Assembly: GCA_965178125.1 (NCBI GenBank)
Contig: OZ237755.1
Location: 682,001-746,000, forward strand
Source: Bilabrum cf. latius
Taxonomy: Eukaryota
Length of the DNA: 64,000 bases
Direction: 5' to 3'
This document shows positions 14,201 through 26,200 of the stretch, piece by piece. The position numbers were made by a program, and so were the translations under genes. Position 1 is the first letter of the stretch, and every line of letters starts with the position of its first letter. The notes under the pieces are model-generated. The model was not told the origin of the DNA and made no database searches. It saw only the letters and a program-made list of their open reading frames with translations.

Positions 14201-14572
14201 TACAGATAGGCGTTGCAATTTCTGTCTGCTGGCAAACCTGACCATCCATAGCGGCGGGGGCAAGGTTCTGATGGCCCGGCTGCGAGCAGCGGCGACTCAC
14301 ACGGCATAGGCGGCCAAGACTGGGAGTCTTCCGATATAGTCAACGCGCGCGAACCATCTACAGACCATGGCCTTTCCGAGCGCACCAGGCGTGCAGACGA
14401 CGCTACTGCGCTCGCTGCCACGAGCTTCGAAAGGAAGACAGCGCAGATGAGCCAGGCGTACATCCCAGCTGCTGTCGGGCTCAGGGAGGCAGTGAGCGCC
14501 ATCATGCTGGAGCCGCGCATCGCACTAACGGTGCCGCGCACCATCGCGCACCTCAAGACGGATGTGGCGTGA
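11300..14572 (+). CDS. Hypothetical ~1,090-aa protein with an Arg/Ser-rich N-terminus suggesting organellar targeting; possibly a degenerate RAP/FASTK-like C-terminus
   Basis: ORF pieces 11270-11668, 11690-12277, 12278-12955, 12989-13309 and 13412-13822 share one frame, separated only by TAG (9 in total: 11666, 12275, 12953, 13307, 13820, 14033, 14051, 14207, 14249). Ends TGA 14570-14572. Start codon and function are uncertain. Confidence 0.7.
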
Positions 14573-14980
14573 GCTGGCATTGCACAGAAAGCATTTCTCC
14601 AAGTGCAGAGCGTAGGGTGTGAAGGTACATTCTAAATGTGCAACACGAAAGAAACGCACTTGTTTGTCAAGGAAAGGGAAGCCTGTGTGACATGCGCGGG
14701 CCCGGCATACTGCGCGGAGAGCTTCTAGCCCGGACTTGGAATACAACGAGACAGGCTCTGCTGTCGCTGTGGAATCCAGGGGTTCAGGCCGTCGCGATCC
14801 CTGCAGGTTGCCAGGCAGCCAGCGCTCCAGTCAAGCACAGACCTCTCTGTGTCCTTGCTCAAGCACGCCAAAAGCAAACGTACGCATGAGACAGATCGAG
14901 GCCGAGTTGCCGATTTGACATTCTTTTTCGCTGAGCCCAGAACCAGAGGGCCGCTCACAGCACCTCTCAATCGGCTGGAC

Positions 14981-15882
14981 TCAGCTGGTCCTCACGGTGG
15001 CACGCTGCCGCTGCCGCACGCCGACAGACCGAGCCCTGCTGCTTGCGCGGGGGCGGCTGCCGCTGCCGTTGGAGATGCCATTGGAGGCTGCATTCGATCC
15101 GGGTGCTGGTGCAGTCTCCGAGTCGGCGCCTTCGATGGCAGCGAGTGACGGCTTGGGTGTGGCCGATGGGGTGAACGCGCCGTCCCACATGCGGTAGATG
15201 ACGAGCGCAGGAACGATCAGGAATGATCCGTACCCCGCCAGGAACATGAGCTTGCCCATCGGCTGCGTGGCGGGCTCGCCCTCGGCGGCATCGTACGTCA
15301 ACTCGGCGAAAAAGACACCAGGCAGCGAGCCAAGGAGCATTCCAGCCCACACTAGGCATGGCACTCGGATCCATTCCTTTTCGTGAATGAATGCATATAT
15401 TGCGATGCAGTAGAACGGAGCGTACACGACTGGGGAGAACCCGCACAGCAGCTGGTACCACTGTGGATTCTCGTAGAGCACCTTGTCCGCGTTGAATGTC
15501 CACCACCTGCAACAGTACCCCGGAAATATGTAACTTTATGCATCTCAATTTTAGATGTCTCAGGGACAATGACAGAAAGTATGGCAATGGCGAGTTTGTG
15601 CGCCCAAACAGCTCTCACTCAAACAGGTCACGCATGAAGAATGGCGGCCAGCTCATACCGTCCAAGACCTGTCGCGTAATCGGGCCTGTAGGTGCAAGTG
15701 CATTTAGCACGTCCATCATGAGCGCAAAATACAGCGCAAACGCGAACCTGCTTGTCTGAATTGAGTGAGCCATGGCACAACGGTAGCTAACGGACTCTTC
15801 GAAAACGTGAATTGTTGCAGTCACCTGCTCACCAACACACTAGAGCAAAATCGTAGGGCCTCTAGTATATCGAAGTCGTCAT
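14981..15882 (-). CDS. EXPERA-domain (TMEM97/TM6SF/EBP-like) membrane protein, ~234 aa, 3 exons (15882-15833, 15747-15619, 15506-14981)
   Basis: Spliced product MTTSIY(TAG)RPYDFALVCWFAFALYFALMMD...DLFEWWTFNADKVLYENPQWY...VYAPFYCIAIYAF...YGSFLIVPALVIYRMW has four hydrophobic helices and the D-x-L-x-x-x-P-x-W motif typical of EXPERA proteins. Both introns are phase-compatible. Ends TGA. Confidence 0.8.
15507..15618 (-). other. Intron 2 of the EXPERA-like gene (112 nt)
   Basis: GTGAGA...TTGCAG, phase 2 (GA|G = Glu). Joins two ORF fragments and removes a TGA. Confidence 0.8.
15748..15832 (-). other. Intron 1 of the EXPERA-like gene (85 nt)
   Basis: GTGAGC...AAGCAG, phase 2 (TG|G = Trp). Restores the RPxD N-terminal motif before TM1. 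Confidence 0.7.
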
Positions 15883-16042
15883 GTTAAGCTGAAGATGTCT
15901 CCAGGCAGCTGAATGTTCAATGCCACGCAAGCGATTCTGAATGACTCGGACTGCGCTCCGTGGCAGTGTGACGATGACAGGAACACTGTGCTCATTATTC
16001 GGCGTGTGTGCCCCGCACCATTTATATTTTCGCTCTTACACG
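15883..16042. promoter_or_regulatory. Probable bidirectional promoter region (160 bp) between the divergent EXPERA-like and MFS genes
   Basis: Head-to-head ATGs at 15882 (-) and 16043 (+), with lower GC than the flanking CDS. Position-based inference only. Confidence 0.45.
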
Positions 16043-18389
16043 ATGACGGATCGTTTACAGAAAACAGATGATGCCCATACTGTGCGTATTCCTGACGTTG
16101 GACCGTACTCTCTCGGCTTCCTCCCCATTTCAAAGTACATATTTGTGTAAATGCCCAAGCCAAGTTACTGAATCGCAGTAGACAACAGTATGGACGTTGC
16201 CAGTTATAGTATTATGGTGAGTTCCGTGCGTGCGAATATGCCGCGAATCTCCATTCGGTGTCCAAGCCTGCGTTCACTTCTGATCGCCACGTCGCTCTCC
16301 CGCACCATGCCTTTGCCTGGCGCGTAACTGTAGTTTAAGTCTTCGAACAGTAACCCGTGTGAACTCTGTGTTGATTATCTACTGGCTACCTCTTTCTGGC
16401 TCCCTCTTTCTGGCTCTCTCGGGCCGCAGCCTCGCAAATCTGAACGAAAGTGTAGCGATTAATGTATGCTGGCCAATTCTGCCGGAGTTTGTAGCTGACG
16501 TTCGAGGCACGGAGGATGACTTAGGCTTCTATGTTGGGATGCTGGCCTCTTCTTTCTTCGCGGCCCAGTTCTCTGCGGCATTCCTCTGGGGGTGGGCCTC
16601 TGACGCGTTCGGACGGAGGCCCGTCATCCTCCTCGGTCTCTCTGGTTCCGCGTGCGCCATGGCAGTCCTTGGATTTTCGCGGTCCTACGCCCTTGCAATG
16701 CTGAGCAGAATCATGGCTGGCGTCTTGAATGGGAACATCGGTGCGACGAAGGCTCTCATGTCAGAGCTGTTGCCACCTCACCTGCGACCGCAGGGGTTTG
16801 GCCTGCTCAGCTTTAATTGGGGTGCCGGCTCCGTGATAGGCCCGATCATTGGAGGATTCCTGTCCCACCCCGCTGAGCAATTCGGCTGGCAGCACCCGTT
16901 CTGGGTGCAGTTTCCCTACTTTTTGCCCTGCATATTCTCCGCTGGCGTGAGCCTGCTTGGCATCTCCATTGGGTACTTCTACTTGCAAGACGGCCCTGAC
17001 TTCAAGGCTCCCGAGGATTGGAGAGAGACGCTGCCCGATTGCTGCAAAACGAGGTGCCAGCCACCAATGTGCTGCAGCGGTACTGCGACCCAGCAGTATC
17101 ACGTCCTCAGCAAGAGCAGTGGCTTGCAACAGGCACAAGGCATCAGTGCAGGCAACCCTGCGTCTGCCAGTGTGCCGGGTATGCTGCGGCACCGCGGCCA
17201 TGTAGGCGACTAGGATGTTGATGTCGATGTCGAGGCTGGGTTGGAGCTGATTGACTCGAACGAAGAGCAGAAACGCAATGAGAATGAGATCGAATTGAGA
17301 CAGCATGCTGTGCCGCCCGAGGATGCAGGCAAGCACACGCAGAGCGATGATTAGGGCGAAGCAGGTCACGCTGGCCTGTGCGGAGTTCCTTTGGGCCTGG
17401 CGGGACAGGAGGGGCAGGAAGTGGCAGCTAGTGCGATGATGACATCTGAGGGAGCTGCTCAGGTTCAGTGCGAGGGCTAGCGGGACGGTAGTAGTGCGCA
17501 GTGTGCCTCTTCCACAGGTCGTGGATCCTCCCGACCCTCCGACGGGGCTGCAAAGCCGTGGCTGCAGGGGCTGACCAACGAGACCCTGACTGCCATCGGC
17601 ATGTACGGAATTATCGCACTTGGGGTAATTTTGTTCGACGAGCTACTTCCGGTGTACGCGGAGCTTTCAAAGGAGCGTGGTGGGCTCGGCCTCCCGCGGT
17701 CGACCCTTGGAGGGATCCTCACGATGCAGGGCGCCGTTCTGCTAGTCTTCCAGCTCTTCTTTTTCTCCCGCATCTGCGGCTGGTTGGGGGCCAAGGGGCT
17801 GTACCTGTGGTCGACCGGGCTGTCAATCCCTTTGTTTCTTCTGTTTCCTCTGCTGCCGGTGCTGCAAGGAGCGATGGAGAAGGCGGGAGGCGGCTGGAAG
17901 ACATGGGTGGGCGCCTACCTCCCATTCTTCCTGCTGAAAAATATCTTCACTCCCTCGTTCTTCTCTACTAGCTTTATATTGATCAATAGCGCTGCCAAGC
18001 AGCGGGATTTAGGCCGCGTGAACGGGGTTGCGCAGAGCTGCTCGTCGCTTCTTCGGGCACTGGGCCCGACGGCGGGCGGTGGCGTGTTTTCTGCGGCTCT
18101 CCGGTGGAGGGTGCTGCCCTTGCAATCCCGCCCAGCTATCGCATTCGTGCTGGTAGCAATGTGCATGGTTGGTGCTTGCTACCTCGGATCCAGGCTGCCA
18201 GCGTGGGTGGACGAAGAGGGCGGTGTAACTAAGGCAAAGAAGACGACGGCTGGCTCGGAAATAGTAGATGAGGCAAGGCTGCAATCGAAGACTGCAAGCA
18301 GCGCATCAGGTGGAGACGGTGGCAAAACCGAAGAGACAGATAGCCTGGTGGGCTCACGTGGAGGGGGGCGGTCGACTGCGAGTGCCTGA
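16043..18389 (+). CDS. Major facilitator superfamily transporter (ZIFL/DHA1-like), ~678 aa, exons 16043-16081, 16179-16216, 16430-18389
   Basis: MFS motif A WGWASDAFGRRPVILLG, plus AGVLNGN, GSVIGPIIGGFL and GRVNGVAQS...RALGP. The N- and C-terminal halves (ORFs 16359-17213 and 17601-18389) are in one frame, joined through TAGs at 17211, 17352 and 17478 in the central loop. Ends TGA. Exon 1 is tentative. Confidence 0.88.
16082..16178 (+). other. Putative intron 1 of the MFS gene (97 nt)
   Basis: GTGCGT donor and CGCAG|TAG tandem acceptor, phase 0. Confidence 0.5.
16217..16429 (+). other. Intron 2 of the MFS gene (213 nt)
   Basis: GTGAGT donor, pyrimidine tract and CCGCAG acceptor, phase 2 (TG|C). 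Gives TM1 TLPVIVLCLANLNESVAINVCWP. Confidence 0.75.
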
Positions 18390-18767
18390 GCGTGACACAG
18401 GCCGTAGACCATACCACATGTGCCAGTAAGGCCTATCCATAGGCCTATCATACATGATGTTGGCCCCCCGCACCGTATACCAGATTTTATTGCGTCCAAT
18501 TGCGTGGCCGCCGACTGCGACGAAGGTTTTTTAATACGATTCGTGGGTTTCGAAGCTACTTCTCGGGTTGTTTGAGTACCATTTTGTTTTTGTTTTGCAA
18601 ATAGGTATTGCAAGTATACGCGTTCACCTTCCAGTTCTGGGTACTCTCGGTACGGTATCCCCAAAAGCGCAGGAACATCGTGCAATATCGATATCAAAGT
18701 GTTCCAAAGCAATAGGTGTACATTCGCGTTACAATTAGTACAGCTACAATTAAATTAGCAACTGCTA

Positions 18768-21700
18768 ATGCAGCCCTCGACAGGTGCGGGACCAGAGTGG
18801 CGGAAATCACGCACTGGATCCGAACCGACCTTGGCCTCACCAACAAATAGTAGAGTGTATGGGGGGGCAGCAGTGCCAATATCCAAAAATGTTGACGGGT
18901 GCGGTAAAGCAGTAGCTAAGTCCCCGTATGGCTCCCTTAAGTCTTCTGAGCAGCCACAGACTCGCAACACTGCCCATGCAGGGCAAGCACCAATCCAGAC
19001 AGAGTCTGCAGGGCCCTCTTCCGGAGCAGGGGAGAATATCAATGAGGACTAGCTAGCCTATGACCGCCCTGGAGATTTTCCTAGTCGGACGTGCAAAGCG
19101 AGCCGTCAGCCCGCGTTCGAAGCTGCAAAGCGCGCTGTCGCGATTTACCCGTTCGAGATCTTGCAACGGAAGAAAAATCTTGAATAGATCGGTAGTAAGT
19201 TCGAACACGATGTCATTCGCGTGCTGGAAGACATGGCCCGAGTCGACTTAGATGGCATGAACTTGTTCACACCGAAGTGCATGGTGAAAATCGAGCAGAA
19301 CACTGGACTGAGATTCCTGGACAAAGGGTACGCTGGGGGGATCAAGGCAGTCCACAAACGCCTTGGTCTATTCTTTAAATTCGCGCTCGATGACAAGAGT
19401 ATGTACGGTAGTAACCGCATGGCGGCCAAGGTGGCCAAGCGGGAAGCGGCGGCGAGCAGGTGGGTGCATGTGATGGATAGCGTTCACGTATCCACGCCTT
19501 TGCTGGTGTGCGCAGACGTCAGGCTGAATCGCGGGAGAAATAGATCTGTAGTTGTTCGTGTGCAGGCATTTGCCGAGATCGAAGTGGAATCATCATCTAC
19601 TGAAGAGGGATCAGGCACTCTACGCGTCGGCTCGCCTGATGGTGGTATAACCATTCACCGCGACGAGGAGCAAATGTAGCACGTCGTCAAGGAACTTGCA
19701 AGGCACTTTTACGTTCAGGAGAACAAGGAAGATGGCCAAATAGCAGTTATTGAGCACGCGTACTCGCGTGCCACGCTGGATGCATCTACCAGCGCTGCAA
19801 GCCATGCCGCATCATGTGGAGCTCGTCGCGAAGCCCGGGAGGAAAGCTGCACCTGCTTGGACGCCTCCTTTGCTCTAGGTGAATCAGATCCCCGTCTATG
19901 CAACCTTGTTGACACCTTGAAATTGCATGGGGTTGGACCTGACGATGTGGACAAGCTAGAACGCGCCGTCAACCCTGCTGAGCTGCACGCAGCTTCGGAA
20001 GACACCAGCATGTTCACTGCCCAGTAGAAAGAGCTGGCTGCCGCGGCGCGTAGTACCATTTCATCTTCAGGCGCGTGTTTGAACTACCGGTGCCAACTCC
20101 AGCCGGCGTACCACTCTGCACGTCCCAGTACCCACAACCCCGACCCCCTCCCGTTCGACGTGGAGGTTCACCAGTTGCCAAGCGGTTAGAGGATGGTGCT
20201 GGACACGCATCGATTGTTAATTCCTGACGTTGCATGGATTCAATGGATGGAGGCAGAAGAAACAATGCCTTGTATATGGGGTATACGCGACGGCAGAATT
20301 GTGACAAGTCAGCGGAAGATGAAGAATCCTGCAGCTCTTGCCATTTATGAAGGTCACGAAGCTCTCGCTGGAGAGCTCAACGAATGGATTTAGCTTGATT
20401 GCCTAAGAGACGAAGCGGCCGGAGATGCACGTGAGATCCAAGCCATTCGGTTTTCTGGGGTGGACATCACCGATCATGCTGATACTGGATGCAAGATTGC
20501 CCTTGGATACCATGCCTCAGACAAATCGCAAGTGGCAATGGTTGCAATTATTTCACATCCTGCGTGGTACTATCGTCACAATGTTTCATTCACTTGTCTG
20601 CTGCCCCCGGAGAGTGCTCCTCATTTGAGGGAGATCGAGAGCAAGGAGATCGAGAGCAAGGAGACTGGGAGCAAGGAGACCGGGAGCAAGGACAGGTCAG
20701 AGTCAGTAGGTCTGTGCCCTGACAAGCTAATGGAGATGATTACTGACGGGAAGTCCGACGGTGCCGTAAGTCGCGCTGCAGAATTAATTCGAGAGCTATA
20801 CAGGCGAGCTTAGGATTGCGTCACGGAGCGATACCGAACCTGCCTCACAGATGCATCGAATGACACTGAAGGTGACCGCGAGTTCGCTGCTGCTGGTCGC
20901 AGCTCTCGTCGGGATGCTGCCACCGTAGAATCAAACCCTGCTAAGCTCCGAGCCGTGCTCAAGCGTACCATGCACTCGCTTGGATTGGGCCTGCGCCACG
21001 TCAGACTGCTTGTTGAACAGTTGAAAGGCCCGGAGGATTCTGTTATGAGGGATCGTATTCGAAAAGCTCTCTCGTATGGGTGCAAGCATGGATCAATAGC
21101 AAGCCGGTCCTTGAAAGATCTTTGCGCATGCGTGCGGTCCAAAGATCCTAGCCTGGACGCCCAACTTGTTGACTTCGCAACGACTGCAGCAGCGTGTTTC
21201 GCATCGAAAGGTATCTTGTTTGATGCGCCTCCACTCCCGCTCAGCGCTGCAGATGATACCACCGCCCTTTCACGCGCTCATGCGGCTGCATGCATTCAGG
21301 CCTCAAGCAGAGTAACCATAGCGACCCCTTGCTTCGGGGCAGACTTTGCGAGCTCCCATGGAATTCACCAACAAAATCCAGCCAAAGGTGTAGCTGCACT
21401 GATCAATGAGCTTGCTCACGTGCAGCGAGTCGGAGGCAACGGCGAGATCGAGCTTCTCGAGGCCCTGTGTGATCTGGCGGCTAGGTCGTCGGGCTTGAAA
21501 GCAATTCAAATTGCGGCTGCAATGCGGTGCACTGTAGGACAGGTTGACCCGTTGATGCAGCTTGCACGGATTACCACCGGTTCGAGATCCGATGGCGCAG
21601 CGGAGGATGATGCAGCAATTGACGGCGCCATGGCGCATGTGATCAGGGTGCTGAAGTGCCTAAAGCGGTGCGCAAGATTCAATGAGGCTCTGGTGGTGTC

Positions 21701-22859
21701 TGGGACAATGTGTGGTGTAATTCTAGCGACTAACGGCAAGCGTAGCTCGCGGTACGCACGGTATGCATCGATCTTGTAGGTGCACGCTGAGATACTACGG
21801 GAAGCAGAGAAAGGCGGCGAGGCGTTGCGCTGCTTCCGCCTTTGTGAAGAGGTGTACAGCGAAGTACGTGGTTTCAATAGCCTTGGTGCTGTTACTGCTA
21901 TGCGATGTCAAGCTGAAGTTTTACAAGGCATGGGAAAGTTTGAAGACGCTTTGCAAAAATATGAAGATTGCGCTGATCGTTGCAGTGAGACGGGAGAAGA
22001 GTAGTCCAGGTTGGAGTTCGCCGCTGTGCTGTGCGGCTGGGCGTCATGTTTGGACGATACTAACGACTTCAAGCTTGCTGGGCGCATGTACCAATAGTGC
22101 ATGGACATCCGGAAGCCTTTGCTGGGTGAAGCTCACCCGGATTACGCCGATACTCTGAATGACCTTGCGATACACCAGCAAGAGCAGGTGAAACAGTCGA
22201 ATCAAAAGCAGGGCCAAGGACTGCAGGAAGAGCAGGGCCAGCACAGGTACCAAGAAGCAGTGAGAACATTTGAAAAGTGTTGCCAGATCACGGAGACCTG
22301 CTATGGTAAGGGCCACCCCGATTACGTAGCTTCGCTTGCAAACATGGCGAACTGCTTGCGGATGAATGGTGACTATGTTTCTGCGTACGAGCGGTACAGT
22401 GAAGCCGTGAATCTAGCTGAGCAGGCAGCTGGAAATCCTAGCTGGCAGACCGGCAAGCTAATGAGCAGCAAAGCCGCCTGCCAGTTCATCACTGGGTTGG
22501 GCAAACCTGAGGAGGCCCTGGAGCTGTTTTGGAAGGCCGATACCATTCTCAACGAGACCGGTAGGGTGGATGAAAATCCAAGCTAGTATGCCGATCACCT
22601 TGAAAATATGGCGGAGTGTTTGGATGCTACTGGCGGGCATCGTGAGGCTGTGTAGATGTACCGCAAGTGCCTCCATATTCGGAAGAGTGTGCTCAAACTG
22701 GGGCAAGACCACCCGTAGTTCGTAACTGTGCAGCACAACTTGGCATTAAGTCTGGAGAGACAAAAGGATATCGAAGAAGCCTCGGAAAAGGATCAAGCGG
22801 GTGTATCAGTATCTTCCGAGGCGTAGGGCGGCGGTCGGGAATCCGACTCGGGATGCTGA
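18768..22859 (+). CDS. Clu-domain plus C-terminal TPR (kinesin-light-chain-type) protein, ~1,363 aa
   Basis: Single frame with 14 TAGs (19050, 19185, 19677, 20025, 20187, 20391, 20811, 21777, 22002, 22095, 22584, 22653, 22716, 22824), ending at TGA 22857. Clu-like motifs GYAGGIK..LFFKFALDDKSMYGS, LRVGSPDGGITIH, DVEVH...MVLDTHRLLIP, MHSLGLGLRHV. TPR motifs LGEAHPDYADTLNDLA, YGKGHPDYVASLANMA, LGQDHP. Confidence 0.8.
20630..20690 (+). repeat. 15-bp coding tandem repeat x4 (EIESK EIESK ETGSK ETGSK)
   Basis: GAGATCGAGAGCAAG x2 followed by GAGACYGGGAGCAAG x2. Confidence 0.9.
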
Positions 22860-23281
22860 GCGTGCGACCAAGCTCTTCAACATGGGTTGCTGCCTCAGAA
22901 GTCTCACAAAGCACAAGCAGGCTGCTCGTCGATTCAAAGAACACGAAGGCATTAGCGGTAATGCGCTTGGCCGAAGCTGATGCCGTACGCAGGAATCCGG
23001 AAGGTGTGCCCAGGCCTCTGATTGTGGCAGGCGCGCCAGCAAGTCCTGCAATCCAAGAGCCGCTCGACTTGGGTAGTGCTGACCAGGCCGGTCCGACCTG
23101 AGCCAGTGTTAAGGCAAAGCGGGGCCACCTCATCTTTGTGCAAAACATGCGAGCAATGGCTCCTTACCGAATTTCCCTACCGGGTAGCTACACATTTATT
23201 CTCTTACATTTAATCGGTTGCTATTCACTTAGAATATGATCCGGGATGTGGTGTGAAATCAAATCAACACTCCCCATGCAG

Positions 23282-26200
23282 TCAATCGCCACAGTCACTA
23301 CCATCATCTCCTGCTCCGCCCCATTCAGACCCACCCATCGCAACACCTATGCCAAGACCCCCGAGACCGTCGAAACTCTAGTTTTGAGACGTTTCGTTGT
23401 GGATAGCAGGGCCACTGACGGCAATAGGAGCATCATCCTCGACTGCCACAGCCGCTTGTGCTGGCTGCGAGCGGGCGCGCAGGAGCTCGTCAAAGTCAGC
23501 TGCACTGTCCCTGCCTGCACGACCCGAGTCCGATAGCCCTGCCCAATCCGAGCCCTAGGCTGCTTTTATGCCAGTCTTGTCCCCATCTCCGTGAGCAGCC
23601 GTGACAGCTGGTCGGACCAATGAACGCCCTTCGCGCACCATGGCTCCCGCCTCGAATCCCACTGAACTCCTTAGAGACAGGCGAGCCTCGGACACTGGCG
23701 ATACCGAAAGGTTCACGGACTCCTCGGGATCCTGAGTGCCCGCATGCCTTGATGGTGTCACGATCTATGGCCTGCTGTGGCCGGAGTCATTCGTCCTAAC
23801 GGGTGATCCTGCTTGCTGACTTTGTGATGCAAAGCCCGGGGCCCGCCTTGGTTCTTGTCCCAGTGAGCCTCGATGAGTGGGACTGGCACCTCCAGAACCC
23901 GTGGGCAGGGCCAGGTCACCCACTACATCGCGAACGCCTTCATCTTGGTGATCATCGCCCTGCTATTCATCGTTGGCAGCTGATGGCCCGTGAGCATGAG
24001 TCGTGAGACCAGGACGTGCCTCCTCTATATTGTACGGCCTAGCCTAAGTCTTGCCCGAACCTGCATCCGCATCCCCTTCGATCGCCGGCGCCGCCAGCCG
24101 CCCAAGCATGCGAGACGTGATGCGCTCCACGTCTCCTAGACCCGCCCAGACGTCGGCCATTGAGCCTGACGAGTCGTTCACCTCTTCCTCTCCATCGACA
24201 TCCAGCTATTCGTTCGGACCCAGTACGTCATCCTTGTTGGTTGCGTCCGGCGTCAGTCTAATCCCCTGTCGAACAACGTCGCCAGCAGCTTCATCATCAC
24301 CGATACTATTCTGCTGGTCCTCGTTCTCTGATTGAGATTGAAACGCACGGCGATGAACGTGTGCAAGACCAGGGTGGGATACCCTGTGCTGCTCCTGGTA
24401 TTCTTTCAAAGCATGCTACGAGGTCTCATCGATGGAAAAACCAGCAAGCACCTCGCCTGCAGCCCAGTCGCCAAATACGCTATCACCGGCTTGAATCCGT
24501 CGGTCTCCTACAGCGTCCTAACCATTAGAGCCCTGTAGCTGGTCCGAGCCTGCAGGGCGCATCCCGGGGCGTGCCAGAGTGTACCATCCACGCACGGAGC
24601 CCATCCTAGCGAGCCTGCTCAGGTCAACGGTTGCAGTCCCGACGAGCTCGTCGCTGGCTTGCACTCCCGGCGGCAGCTCGGTAGCAGGGTCTTCATCGTG
24701 CGCATTGAGATCACCGTGCGACACGGCAACGGGTACATGTGCCGTAGCATCCCCGGCCTGCAAGCCGGACTAGAAAGTCAAGTCTACGTCTTCATCTGCA
24801 GGCAGTCGCATGAGCCATCGACGAAGGGGAGACACGGCGCGCCGATACACTGCAACGGTCGCGTGTCCCGGGGGCACATCGGGTGCACCGGCTGGATCCG
24901 GCCTCCGGTCGATTCCAGCAATAGAGGAAGGCGGGGGCCCATGCAACGCCCACGCAGGAACGCGCGCTTGCGTGCGGAAGCCGTATGCCGGCTTGCTACT
25001 GGCTAGCACGATCGGTGTTGTGGCGTACACGACCTCCCCGCCCACTGGCCAGCATACCACAGCAAAGGTGGACGGTTCCAGCTCCGCACCGGCGCCTGTC
25101 TTCCTCACGATTGGCAAGTCGTTGGCTCTGTCTATGGTTACGGTGACATTGACGGCGACAGGCACGCGCATGCCACGCGAGAGTGGCACGTGGCTAGCAC
25201 CCCGCGCATCTAGGTTGTCCCCTTCACCTGGTTGCATTGACTGCCTGGAGGCGTTGCTGGCGGCAGGGTTGGCATCGTGAGTGTCTTTGTCGCGGCCAGG
25301 TGCCACAGGTTCATGCAATGCCGGAGGCATTCTGTGAATATCATCGTCGAGGTACGCGCGCGAGTCAGCATCCTGAACGAATGGTCCTAAGTCTGGCGAT
25401 GCACTGCGCTGCGGCGACCGGGCTTGCTCCTCCTCCTCTTCGTCCTCCTCTTTATCTCGAAAGTCTTGATGCACATCCATCAGCTCTTCGCCATGCTGGG
25501 CTTGGGAATCCAGCCACACCATGCCTGACATTGGCGCGAAAGTGTACGAGCCGCTGGAGGAGCCCTTGCCTACATCCCCATGGCCCTGTGAAGCAGTGAG
25601 ATCCACACGAATCCTTCCGTTAGACCCTGCTAGCATTCCGAAGGGCACAGCAGACCTGAGCGTCGCGCTGCGGCCGCCGCTGGCAGCCCCACTGGAAGAG
25701 GACCTAGGGCTACTAAAAGGCGATGACCCAGCCTGCTCCACCTCCGTTTCAATCGTAGCGTTGGCTAGGGCAGCGAGCATACCGACATCCAGGCGCAGAC
25801 TAGCCCTTGCGGGTCGATCGTTCAGGGAGCGTGCGGATGCAAGAAGCCGCCCGTCTGCGCCGATGACATTGATGGAAACGGATCTGCCTTGCGAAGCCGA
25901 AGCCGAAGCCGCTCTTTTCGCATCTCCTGCATCGTCGGTGCTTGGCTGGAAGCAAAGATAGCGGACAACGGAAGGTACGTCCGAGTCGTCTGACGCTCCT
26001 CCCTAGTCATCAATTCTGACTTCGTCGGGTGCTGCATTCTGTGCTCTATCGCCTTCTGGAGGCTGTCGGCTTTCAGTTCGAGCTTGGCTTGCACCACCCT
26101 CTACCTTGCTTGCAACTAGAGGGCCTCGTGCAGTTCGAGCTTGGCTTGCACCACCCTCTACCTTGCTTGCAACTAGAGGGCCTCGTGCAGTTCGAGCTTG

